The notes beneath the pieces were generated by a model. That model was not told the DNA's origin and made no database searches. It saw only the letters and a list, made by a program, of their open reading frames with translations. From Spirochaetota bacterium (GTDB lineage Bacteria > Spirochaetota > UBA6919 > CBDBPB01), in the NCBI GenBank assembly GCA_965208615.1, contig CBDBPB010000006.1, positions 160,001 through 224,000 on the forward strand: a DNA stretch of 64,000 bases, in the 5' to 3' direction. The first letter of the stretch is position 1. Every line of letters begins with the position of its first letter. A program made the translations under genes and the position numbers. This document shows positions 54,180-64,000 of the stretch, one piece after another.

Positions 54180-54812
54180 TTGTTAATAAATGTATACATA
54201 TTTTCGTTTTATAGATAGATATATTAAAAAGGTTGTTTATGATAAAGCCCACAAGGTAAAAAGCAAGACATATAATGTAAAGGTAAGTATACTTTATATT
54301 TCTTTGTGGAACAGAAAACTAAAATATTGATGAAAAAGTTATTTTCTTGTGTCATACTGATTATCCTCCTATGCTCTTTAAATACTGGCTACTTGATTCA
54401 TCAGTAATAAATACAAAAAATGCTTTTTATGCAAGTCATAATTACTATGAGAGCTATTAAGGATCCACTACTAAGACTAAAAATGGTGATTGATAACAAT
54501 AAATAATCTTGTTTTAATGAAAATCATATATCTTAATATTATAATCTCTACTATAGAGCTAATTAAATAATATAATTAAACTACTTTTCCTTGACGCTAT
54601 ATATAAATTTTACGATTATTTATAATAAGTTTTTATAAAAATTATAAAAATATCTATTCGTTATGTTAGCATAAGTATATTATAGTTATAATATTTAAAG
54701 TTGTTATAATATTTTGTATGTAATTTAGCTTAGTATAAATCAAAAAAATTTTAAATAGCTATATTATAAGTATGCTTTCTGACAAGTTATAAATTATAAT
54801 TATGAGGACCTT

Positions 54813-55170
54813 ATGAAAGAAAATAAGAAAACTGTAAATAAAACTACCGTTTTAGGCAAAGATATTGAATTTAAAGGAATTTTAAAATTTGATGGCTTTT
54901 TACAAATAAATGGAAACTTTGAAGGTGAAATATCTGCAGAAAAAAGGTGAGCTGGTTATAGGAAAAAATGCAACCGTTAAAGCAAAAATATTGGCTAAAG
55001 ATATTTACAATATGGGAAAAATAATTGGTGACGTTTATGTGGCTAATATCTTATCTATCTCAGAGGAAGCCGAACTATTTGGAAATTTTAATAGTAATAC
55101 ATTAATTGTTCAACATGGTGGAATCATTAATGGTCAATGCACAATGAAACAAAAAAATTCTGTAGAATAA
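54813..55170 (+). CDS. Bactofilin (CcmA/DUF583), frameshift at A6 54940-54945
   Basis: GAGG SD, MKENKK..TTVLGKDIEFKGILKFDGFLQINGNFEGEI joined to GELVIGKNATVKA..GGIINGQC. Confidence 0.88.
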
Positions 55171-55227
55171 CTATTCGCAAAATATTATTAAATAATAACT
55201 TTAATAATTATAATATATAAACTAGTT

Positions 55228-56524
55228 ATGAACTCTTTTTATAGGTTAAAACTATACGTAAGATTAAGAAAATATGCTATATATACTAGTCGACTATTTT
55301 ATATAGCATTAAAAAAGTTTTATAAGGATGAGTGCTTTGGAAAAGCAAGTATACTTTCGTATATAAGTATATTATCATTAGTCCCAGTAGCCATTTTAGT
55401 TTTTAGCGTATTCTCTACATTTGACTCTTCAAAAGAAGTGTTGAACAACATAATAAATGAAAAGATTATCCCTCATTTCTTTCCCAGTGAAGGCGAGACT
55501 ATATCGGGCTATTTAAGCGACTTCTCTGAAAGCGTTTATAAACTAACTATATTAGGAGTAATATTTTTTATTGTTGCCGCGGTAGATATTGTGTTAATCT
55601 TAGAAAATACTGCTAACTCAATATGGCAAGTGAATAAAGGTAGATCTTTACTGTCTAACTTTATGATTTATTGGTCAATGATAACAATAGGTCCGCTAAT
55701 ATTAACCGCATCCTTTTATATTACCTCTGAATACGGCTCCTATATAATGTTTGGACAGGAGTTTTCACAGTTTTTATTTCCATGGCTAATAACATGGTTT
55801 GGATTCTTTTTTATTTATCAATATATACCTAATACCAAAATTAAACCATTATCTGCAATTATTGCCGCGGCTATAGCAGGCTTTTTTTGGGAATTCGGAA
55901 AGTATGGCTTTACCTTTTATATATCTGAAGTAGCTAATCAAACTTGGGGTAAAATATATGGTAAACTCTATATTATTCCAATATTTATAATTTGGATATA
56001 TCTATCTTTTGCAATTCTTTTATACGGCATGGAAATATCTTATCTTATTCAGTTTTCTGAAATCTATAAGAAAAAACAGTTTAAAAATACTGATTTAGAT
56101 AGCTTTAAGCTTTTTTTCATCCTAAATAGCCTCTATCTGATTTTTGACAACTATGATAAAGGTAAAGGAGGACTGGAAATTAAAAATCTAGCTAACCAAA
56201 ATAGATTATCAAGGTATCAAACAAGTAAATTAATAGCTCCCCTTATAGATAAAGGTATTGTTATTCAAATATATTCCGATAAAAAAAAGACAATTCTTTC
56301 CTGGTAAACCAATAAATAGTATTAATGCTTTAGAAATAGTTAACCTTTTTAATACAAAAGATCAACTATTACTAAAAAAAGATAACCCAATAGTAAAGAA
56401 TATGTTTAATAATATACTAAATAAGATAGATTACGGTAAAAAAACTGTTTTTGCTAATCTTACTCTAAAAGACTTAATGGGTGAACATTTATCCATGACT
56501 TCAAAGCATACTAGAGCTATATAA
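55228..56524 (+). CDS. YihY/BrkB family membrane protein with C-terminal Rrf2-like HTH, frameshift at A8 56281-56288
   Basis: ASILSYISILSLVP, N.IW, IGP, YQYIPN, IYG..IPIFIIWIY; the tail continues in ORF 56258-56524. Confidence 0.85.
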
Positions 56525-56526
56525 AA

Positions 56527-57083
56527 TTGATAGAAGTAGAAAGAAAGTGTTGGATCCTAAATAAAAAAAAGATTTTAGCCTTTCTTTATAAAAATGCAGT
56601 CCTAAAAACTGAAGTAACTAAGAATGACTTCTATTATATAGAAAAATCTAATAATAATAAAAGTATTATATGCGAAAATGATAAAATTTTTCGAGTTAGA
56701 CTTTTAAATAATAAATATTTTGCTACTTTTAAAGAAAAGAGCTTAAAAAATAAAACTGAAATAAATATAGAAAATGAATTTGAGATTATAGATAATATTA
56801 GCTTTATAAAGTTTATAAATTATCTCGGCTTTACAAAACTAATTGAAAAAACTAAAGAAAGCAAAATCTTTATAATTGATAACGTTACTCTAGAATATAA
56901 CTATCTACATAATCTTGGTTACTTCTTAGAAGCAGAGATCATTTGTGAAAGAAAAGTCAAATTGATAGTGCAATATCTAAAATAAATAAGATATTTAATA
57001 AAATGGGTATTAACAAAAAAGATATAGAAAGTAAAACCTATATAGAATTATTATTAGAAAGGATGTATAATGAAAGAATTTGA
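56527..57083 (+). CDS. cyaB: CYTH family (class IV adenylate cyclase-like) protein, frameshift near 56948-56955
   Basis: IEVERK, FRVR, TFK, ENEF, LGYFLEAE; the alternate frame supplies KDIESKTYIELL to TGA 57083. Confidence 0.8.
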
Positions 57084-58467
57084 AAAACTAAATATGATAG
57101 AACAAGTAACTAAGCTCAACGCTCTTAATGATATGGCGGCTCTTAAGATGCCTTCTAGCATTAACCCAGACCCCACAATCACAAGAAATCTTGCAAGACT
57201 ATCCTTAGAAAAGTTCCAAAAGCTTGTAGAAAACAATAAAACTAAGGCTAAAAAAAATAATAACCCTATAGAAATTGATGGATCAGAACTATCAGGTGTA
57301 AAGGGTGGAGCAGATATATGGAGCGTAAATCCTGATGGCTCTTTGTCTAGGAAATATAAAGCCGTACCTGAGGTTGTGGATCTTATAGAAATGAGAAGAA
57401 CTGAACGTGTTGCTGAACCAAATAAACCTGTAAATATAGAAACCATTTATGAGATTATACGTCTTGCCCATAGAGCACCTAATGCTACTAATGAACAACC
57501 ATCTCGCGTACTTATTTATACTCAAGACCATCCGGCTATGAACAAGATTGGTATTGCTATGAATGAAGCCCTTAATGATATTATTGTTCCACAAATTAAC
57601 CTTAAATATTATATTCTTCATGCAAAAAAAGAGAATAATGACTTTCTAAAAAAATATACACTAGAACAAATAAGCTCCATGACTGATGAAGAAATAGCTA
57701 AGTTCGAAGATATGCCTGCTCCATTGCATGACCTTCCAAGAACTAGGAATAGCCTTATTAGTAGAGGAAAGCTCCTTATAGAAAATGCTAGGTATTATAA
57801 CTGTCGTGAGAAAAATGATAAGGTCATAAAGCTAAAGGAGTATACCCTTAAGGATATGGTTCGTGCAGATAAAGTATTTGCCCAAGGTATGGGACGGTTT
57901 TTTTTAAAGTTTAAAAATACACATCCTGTATTACTCGTTGTTCTGAGACAGGTTCGCTATACATCTGGTATGACTGAGGCACTAGAAAAATATGGTATTA
58001 AATTGCCAGATGTCGGAGAAGCTCATATTGATGCTGGAATATTTACTGATCACTTAGCACTTGCTACCAGAGGATTAGGTTTATCAGGGGTTATAAAAAC
58101 TGGTCCCTTAGACTTAGCCGCTGATAAAATTGCCTCTATCTTTATAGAAGACCTAAATAATCAAAGTGAACAAGTTAAAAAGCTAATGAAAAAAAATATG
58201 GATAATAATGCTCTTGAGATAGAATATCATAAATTAATATCACTTAGAGATGGGCTAAAAGTTGGGTTAGAGCATTACTATGCAAGGCATAATCATCAAA
58301 AAATTACTCCTGAAGTAAAAAAGCAAATATTTATGGGTAAGGGATATTTCCCAGCTACCTTTTTTCAGTTAGGTCATCCACTTTCTGATCCAGGAGAACG
58401 AGTTATGGACCCAAGACAAGGGCGTAATCCTGTTAATAATATGCTTGTTTATATGTCTTATGTATAA
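57070..58467 (+). CDS. Nitroreductase-fold flavoprotein with long extension and insertions
   Basis: LIEMRRTER..IIRLAHRAPNATNEQP, IDAGIFTDHLALATRGLGL, LGHP..R. Confidence 0.8.
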   Translation: MKEFEKLNMIEQVTKLNALNDMAALKMPSSINPDPTITRNLARLSLEKFQKLVENNKTKAKKNNNPIEIDGSELSGVKGGADIWSVNPDGSLSRKYKAVPEVVDLIEMRRTERVAEPNKPVNIETIYEIIRLAHRAPNATNEQPSRVLIYTQDHPAMNKIGIAMNEALNDIIVPQINLKYYILHAKKENNDFLKKYTLEQISSMTDEEIAKFEDMPAPLHDLPRTRNSLISRGKLLIENARYYNCREKNDKVIKLKEYTLKDMVRADKVFAQGMGRFFLKFKNTHPVLLVVLRQVRYTSGMTEALEKYGIKLPDVGEAHIDAGIFTDHLALATRGLGLSGVIKTGPLDLAADKIASIFIEDLNNQSEQVKKLMKKNMDNNALEIEYHKLISLRDGLKVGLEHYYARHNHQKITPEVKKQIFMGKGYFPATFFQLGHPLSDPGERVMDPRQGRNPVNNMLVYMSYV

Positions 58468-58748
58468 GTTATAATATGGCTAATTGTTAACAAACGTTCT
58501 AATAAAAATATCTTTTACTATGCTTATTAATAGAATAATAAATAATACCGTCTAATACTTATTATTTATATCCATACAAAATAACAATGACAAAAATGGG
58601 ATTTATAATTATATTTTTATTAAGGAATAGTAAATTTATTTTGAACTTTTAAACTAATTAAAACATTAAATACGTTTTTATATGTTTACTCAGTAGCCCA
58701 TTTATACTTTTTATAAATACTATACCTTTATACAACGGAGTAAGTTAC

Positions 58749-60177
58749 ATGGGAATGTTAAATAAAGAAAGGTATTTTTGGTTAGGTTTAATATTTATTC
58801 TATTATTAATAAACCTTAGTCCCTTTTCAATACAAAGTCTTGCTTATAATAAAAATAATAAAAAGGAAGAGGTATATTTATCAGTTTTAAATGAAGCCTT
58901 ATATCATATAAGATCAAAATATATTGATGAAAGTAAAATTGATTATAAAAATCTGATTTATGGTGCAATAAATGGAATGATTAATGCTACCAAAGATGAT
59001 CATAGCACATTCCTATCAGAAGAAACTTATAAAGAACTTAATAAAAATCTTAAGGGTACCTTTCACGGTATTGGAATTTATATCTCTATAAAAGATGGCT
59101 ATCCCATAGTAATTGCTCCTATTGAAGATACTCCTGCGCATAAAGTTGGCCTTAAACCAGAAGATAAAATCGTAGAAATTGAGGGTAAGCCTACTAAAGG
59201 GCTTAACATAAGAGAAGTAGTAAAAAAACTAAAGGGATTAAAAAATACTAAGGTATCTATTAAAGTATTACGGGAAAATGAATTAGAGTTGATTCCATTT
59301 ACTATTACTAGAGCAGTTATTAAGGTAAAGTCTGTTAAGTTTAAGTTTATTAATAAAAGAAAAGGCCTAGCCTATATTCGAATTGCTACATTTTCTAAGA
59401 ATACTACCACTGAACTAAAAAAAGCTCTTAATTACTTAAATAATAAAGGTATGAAAAAACTTATAGTCGATTTAAGAAATAATCCTGGTGGCCTTCTCAA
59501 CGTTGTACATAAAGTGTGTGATATGTTTTTGAACAAAGGTGTTATAGTATCCACCAAGGGACGTAATAATAAAAATAATAAAACTTTTTTTGCTAGTCCA
59601 GAAAATACTATCCTGAATATTAAAGTCCCTTTAGTTGTTCTAATTAATGAAGGAAGTGCTTCTGCATCCGAGATATTTGCTGGTGCAATTCAGGACACTA
59701 AAAGAGGAACTATTATAGGCGTAAAAAGCTTTGGCAAAGGATCTGTACAAGAGGTTATTTCTCTTAACTCTATTAATAATAATGTTGCCATAAAGATTAC
59801 CACACAAAAAATACTTGACTCCAAAAGGACGTAGTATCCATAAAAAAGGTATTATACCCGATGTTATAGTTAAAGTGCCTAAAAAATCTTTTGAACAATT
59901 GTATATGGAAAGAAAACTTCATAATGGTAAGTATTTATCCAGGTTTATAAAGAAATACCCAAATTATAGCTCTCGTAACATTGATAAGCTTATAGCCACT
60001 ACTAAAAAAGATGGAATCTCTCTTGAGAGGAGTACTATAAAAAAACTTATTCTCCTTGAAAAAAATCGTAACAAAATATTGGTCTATGACTTAAACCATG
60101 ATATTCAGCTTAGCAAAGCTGTTGATAAAATTGAGAGTCAAAAATATGATGCTAATATGGTTAAAGTGTTTAAGTAA
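58749..60177 (+). CDS. ctpA: S41 carboxyl-terminal processing protease, frameshift at A6 59806-59811
   Basis: PDZ GIGI, DLRNNPGG, SASASEI, SFGKGSVQ; removing one A restores TTQKYLTPKGRSIH. Confidence 0.93.
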
Positions 60178-60253
60178 CTAACTCTATAATTTATAGTTAT
60201 TGGTATATAGTTTTAAATAAATAAAATAGATTTAATTATTTGGTATAATCAGT

Positions 60254-61300
60254 GTGATAGATAATAGTAGACATATAGAATGTGAAAATCGTCAACTATT
60301 TTTTCTGTCTGATATAAGTAAAAAACTTCTTAAACAAGAGGGACTAAATAATATTTTCTCTTGCATTGTGAATAACTGTTTTGAAAATCTGGATATACCT
60401 ACTTTATCAATTGCTTATACTAATTTTATTAACGAGGATATTAACTATAAAGCTATAATCTTTCAAGATATAGAAAAAATTAATAATAACAAAAAAGAAG
60501 TCTTTTTTTCTAAAAATGATAAAATAATAAAAAAAATTAAAACTTTAGAAGAAATCACTAAGTATAAAAAAACTTAAAAATGAATATCCAGCAATTGCAA
60601 ATGAAGACCCTCTTGCTATACTGAAAGCAGATATTATTATTCCAATGAAAACCAAAAGCCTATTTATCGGGTTTATCACTATAGGAAGCAAGAAAAATTG
60701 TGAGACTTTTAACTCATCAGAAATACAATATTTAAATACCATTGCAAACTTTGCTACCTTAGCTATAGAAAACTCCATTCTAAATAATATAATAATAAGT
60801 GATGCTAAAACCCATTTATATACTTATAAATATGCTATAGAACAGCTTTTAAAAGAGTTTAATAAATCTATTCGCTATAACTTACCATTTTCACTGGTTA
60901 TGTGCGATATAGACTATTTTAAAAAAGTGAATGACAAATATGGACATAGATTTGGAGATGAAATCTTAAAATATATTGCATATATCATTAAATCCGAAGT
61001 TAGAACTATTGATATTGTTGGACGATATGGTGGTGAGGAATTTATAGTTGTAATGCCTATGACTAAAAAAAAAGGGGCTTGTTATGCTGTTGAAAGAATA
61101 AGAAAAAAAATTACAAAAAAACTTATAAATTTAAAGATACCTTCCTTAAGGTAACTGTTAGCTTTGGCATTTCCAGCTTCTGTAACAACAATTATAAAAA
61201 TATAGAAGAAATAATAGATAATGCAGATAAAGCACTATATTGTGCTAAAAAAAGTGGGCGTAACCTAATAGTACATTGTGATGATAAAATATTACTCTAA
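60254..61300 (+). CDS. GAF-GGDEF diguanylate cyclase, two homopolymer frameshifts (~60570, ~61118)
   Basis: DIDYFKKVNDKYGH..GD, RTID (RxxD I-site), RYGGEEF; the next frame gives VTVSFGI..ADKALYCAKKSGRN. Confidence 0.88.
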
Positions 61301-62321
61301 TCATAAACATTTATGCTTATATGGTACTAAGCCTAAATCAGAAATCATTGCAAGATCATCTTTTGTAGATCTTCCTTTGGTAGTTAGGTAATTCCCTAAA
61401 AGCATACCACTTGCTCCTGCAAAGAATATCCAAGATTGCAGGTCTTTTAATACTTTTTCACGGCCCCCCATAACCATTATATTTTTATCAGGAAAAATTA
61501 ATCTATATATAGCTACTATTTTCAATGCTTCAAAGGGTTTCAACAGTTTAACTGATTCTAATGGAGTGCCTTTTATAGGATTCAAAAAATTAATTGGAAT
61601 AGAGTCTACTTTTAGCATTCTTAAATCAAAGGCTAACTCTATACGTTGATCCCAACTTTCTCCCATGCCAAATATACCTCCGCAACAGGTATATAATCCA
61701 ACCTTTTTTGCATTTTTTATAATTTTTAATTCATCGTCATAAGAGTGGGTTGTTATTATATTAGGAAAAAAACTTCGTGCACTTTCTAAGTTATGGTGGA
61801 AGTGGTCCATTCCAATGTTTTTTCAATTGTAAAAGCTCTTGCTCAGACATTAAACCAAGAGAACTACAAACCTCCATATTGGTATTGGATTTTGTATACT
61901 TAATAGCTTTTTTAATAGTATCAAACTCTTTTGGGTTACTAAGTTTTTTACCACTGGTTACAAAAGAGAATTCACTAGCTCCATTTTTTGCCGCATTATC
62001 TATTGATTTCTTAAGCTCCTCAAATGATAACAGTTTAAAGTTAGAGACTGGAGTATTAAATTTAGATGATTGTCCGCAAAAACCACAGTCCTCTGCACAA
62101 AGACCAGACTTAGCATTGGTAATAGAACAAAGAGTAATCTTTTTTCCAATAAAACATTCCCTTACCTCATTAGCTCCTTGAAAAAGGGAAAATAGCTCTT
62201 TTAAGTCTTTTTCATGGTCAATGTTAGCAAGATATTTTGCCTCTTCAAAAGAAATATCTTTTTTATTAAGAGCTTTTTCTTTTATGTTATTTATATCTAC
62301 TTTAATAATAGCTTTATTCAT
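61301..62321 (-). CDS. bioB: Biotin synthase, frameshift at T6 61818-61823
   Basis: NAKSGLCAEDCGFCGQS, CSSLG, HHNLE, CCGGIFGMGE, PINFLNP, GNYLTT.G. Confidence 0.95.
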
Positions 62322-62531
62322 AGTTCAGATAACCCAGTTATGCAATATTTTTTATAAAATATAATTGTTGTACCAGTATTAATTTTTAAATAAACACGTT
62401 AATGATTAAATATAGTAAGCCCTAACATAACTGACAAACAATAGAATAATAAGAAACAAAAAAATTCCTAACATAAATATAATAAATTATCGATATAGAG
62501 TTTAACATAACACTTAAAAAGGATATTAGAT

Positions 62532-62948
62532 ATGGGGGCAAATTTTCAGCTGACTAAGTACGATATGAAGGATTATCACGTATTCCGTTTAGAAGCAAAT
62601 AATAAAAAAGAAAAAAACCCTTCTCAGATAGGCTTTGCCATAATAGAACTAAAAAATATTAAAATTACTTGTCCAAAATGTAAACGAGAAACTAAAATAA
62701 TCCAAACATGGTGGCATAATAAATTACCATTTAAATATATATCAGGTCAGATAAAAGAGCTTGATATCTCCCTTTGCCTTGATTGCGCCGTAGAAGAAAA
62801 CTATAACGGTATATCTGATCTCAAAAATAATTATAACAAAAATAAAAATAATCATAGCCTACTAGCTCAATATGAAATAAATAATGAACAAATAGAGTAT
62901 TATAAATTATATAAAGCAGAACAAGAAAAATTATTACCCGCCTACTAA
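62532..62948 (+). CDS. Hypothetical protein with two CxxC motifs
   Basis: AAGGA SD; CPKC...CLDC. Confidence 0.65.
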   Translation: MGANFQLTKYDMKDYHVFRLEANNKKEKNPSQIGFAIIELKNIKITCPKCKRETKIIQTWWHNKLPFKYISGQIKELDISLCLDCAVEENYNGISDLKNNYNKNKNNHSLLAQYEINNEQIEYYKLYKAEQEKLLPAY

Positions 62949-62963
62949 AAATATATAATTATT

Positions 62964-64000
62964 TTATTCCCACGTAAATATCTTAATAGATATAAAAAAA
63001 CAAATCACTAATACAACTAATTGTGCTAATATCTGCTTTGACAAATGATAAAATGGTACTCCATAATTAATAACCTCTCTTAAAGCCTCTGTTAGGTGAG
63101 TCAGGGGGATAAAATAAACTAAAGGACGTATAACCTCTGGAATACGATCAACAGAAAAATATACTCCACCCAATATCATCATAGGAAAAAATAAAATATT
63201 TGCCACTACAGCCGCAGTCTCTGCCTTTTTAACCCTACTCGCAATCAAAAAACCAATAGAAGAAAATGTTAGTAATCCCACAGTTAAAACTATTATTAAT
63301 GATAATATATCTCCATAAATCTTTATCCCAAAAAATAAATAGGCTATAATAATAAGAAATATGGTTTCTAATAAAACAATAATATACCTTTCTATTATGT
63401 GTCCCGCTATAAAAATAGACTTTCTAAGAGGCGTTAACGAAAGCCTTCTTAGTTTTCCGTGTTCCCTGTAAGATGAAATAAGTATACCTATTCCAAAAAG
63501 ACAAGTAGACATTATTGTCATGCCGATAACACCAGGATAAAGAAAATCAATATAGGATAATTTCCTTTTTCTATTAGCTAAATTAACCTTTTTCAACTTG
63601 ATAACTGGTGACTTTTTAAGTAAATTAAAATTAATAGAAAGTAAATGTTCATGTAGTAAAGAAATTACATTCTCATTGCTAGCGCCATAAACCATATTGT
63701 AATATAAAACAATCTCACTACGACTTTTAAGAAAACTATTCCTAAACCCCTTTGGAACAACTAATACTAATTCCCCATGATTATAATTAGTCTTTTGTTT
63801 AAAACTGTCAAAGGTATTAATTACCTTAATATTTATATCCTTAGCCCTTTTCAGCTGATTAATAACTAAAATTGAACTATCTGACTTATCTTTATCATAA
63901 ACATAAACAACAGCCTTTTTTTCATCATAGGTAAAAAACCAGCCTACCAATATCATCATAAGAGCGGGGAATAAAAATGACCAGTATACAGATATAGGCT
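62964..64000 (-). CDS. ABC-2 type transporter permease (5' end beyond window)
   Basis: Frame open to window end (PISVYWSFLFP..), YIDFLYPG, RE.G.LRRL..TP, LGGVYF, PLTH. Confidence 0.92.
   Translation of the reverse strand, partial: PISVYWSFLFPALMMILVGWFFTYDEKKAVVYVYDKDKSDSSILVINQLKRAKDINIKVINTFDSFKQKTNYNHGELVLVVPKGFRNSFLKSRSEIVLYYNMVYGASNENVISLLHEHLLSINFNLLKKSPVIKLKKVNLANRKRKLSYIDFLYPGVIGMTIMSTCLFGIGILISSYREHGKLRRLSLTPLRKSIFIAGHIIERYIIVLLETIFLIIIAYLFFGIKIYGDILSLIIVLTVGLLTFSSIGFLIASRVKKAETAAVVANILFFPMMILGGVYFSVDRIPEVIRPLVYFIPLTHLTEALREVINYGVPFYHLSKQILAQLVVLVICFFISIKIFTWE

Overview
AT-rich bacterial chromosome segment, probably from a Spirochaetota lineage. This rests on 16S motifs (GCAGCAGCTAA...TTCCGCAATG, TTCGATGATACGCG) and on FliL/FliB genes, and is an inference. 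Most of the window is housekeeping: trpB (partial), alaS, rplM-rpsI, an Mla/MCE ABC cluster, comM, comF-rsmE, mutS, mtaB, rlmB, clpPX, radA, smpB, pspA, bcp, pcm, ctpA and bioB. It also holds a full rrn operon (16S-23S-5S, no ITS tRNA, trailing tRNA-Phe). Three things stand out. (1) A ~265-nt intervening sequence in 23S helix 45, bounded by a perfect 16-bp inverted repeat, carries a sense-strand ORF for a small Cys-rich lipoprotein-like peptide rather than the usual antisense four-helix-bundle IVS ORF. (2) A minus-strand cluster encodes a secreted SH3b protein with 9 exact acidic 13-aa repeats, an M48 peptidase lipoprotein and two small secreted precursors with extremely cationic C-termini, and it faces a beta-barrel gene. 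(3) There are several degenerate enzymes (HD-GYP-like, transglutaminase-like). Eight genes carry single-base frameshifts in A/T homopolymers, most likely sequencing errors. No CRISPR array, IS element or prophage was seen. All calls are by eye, with no database searches.
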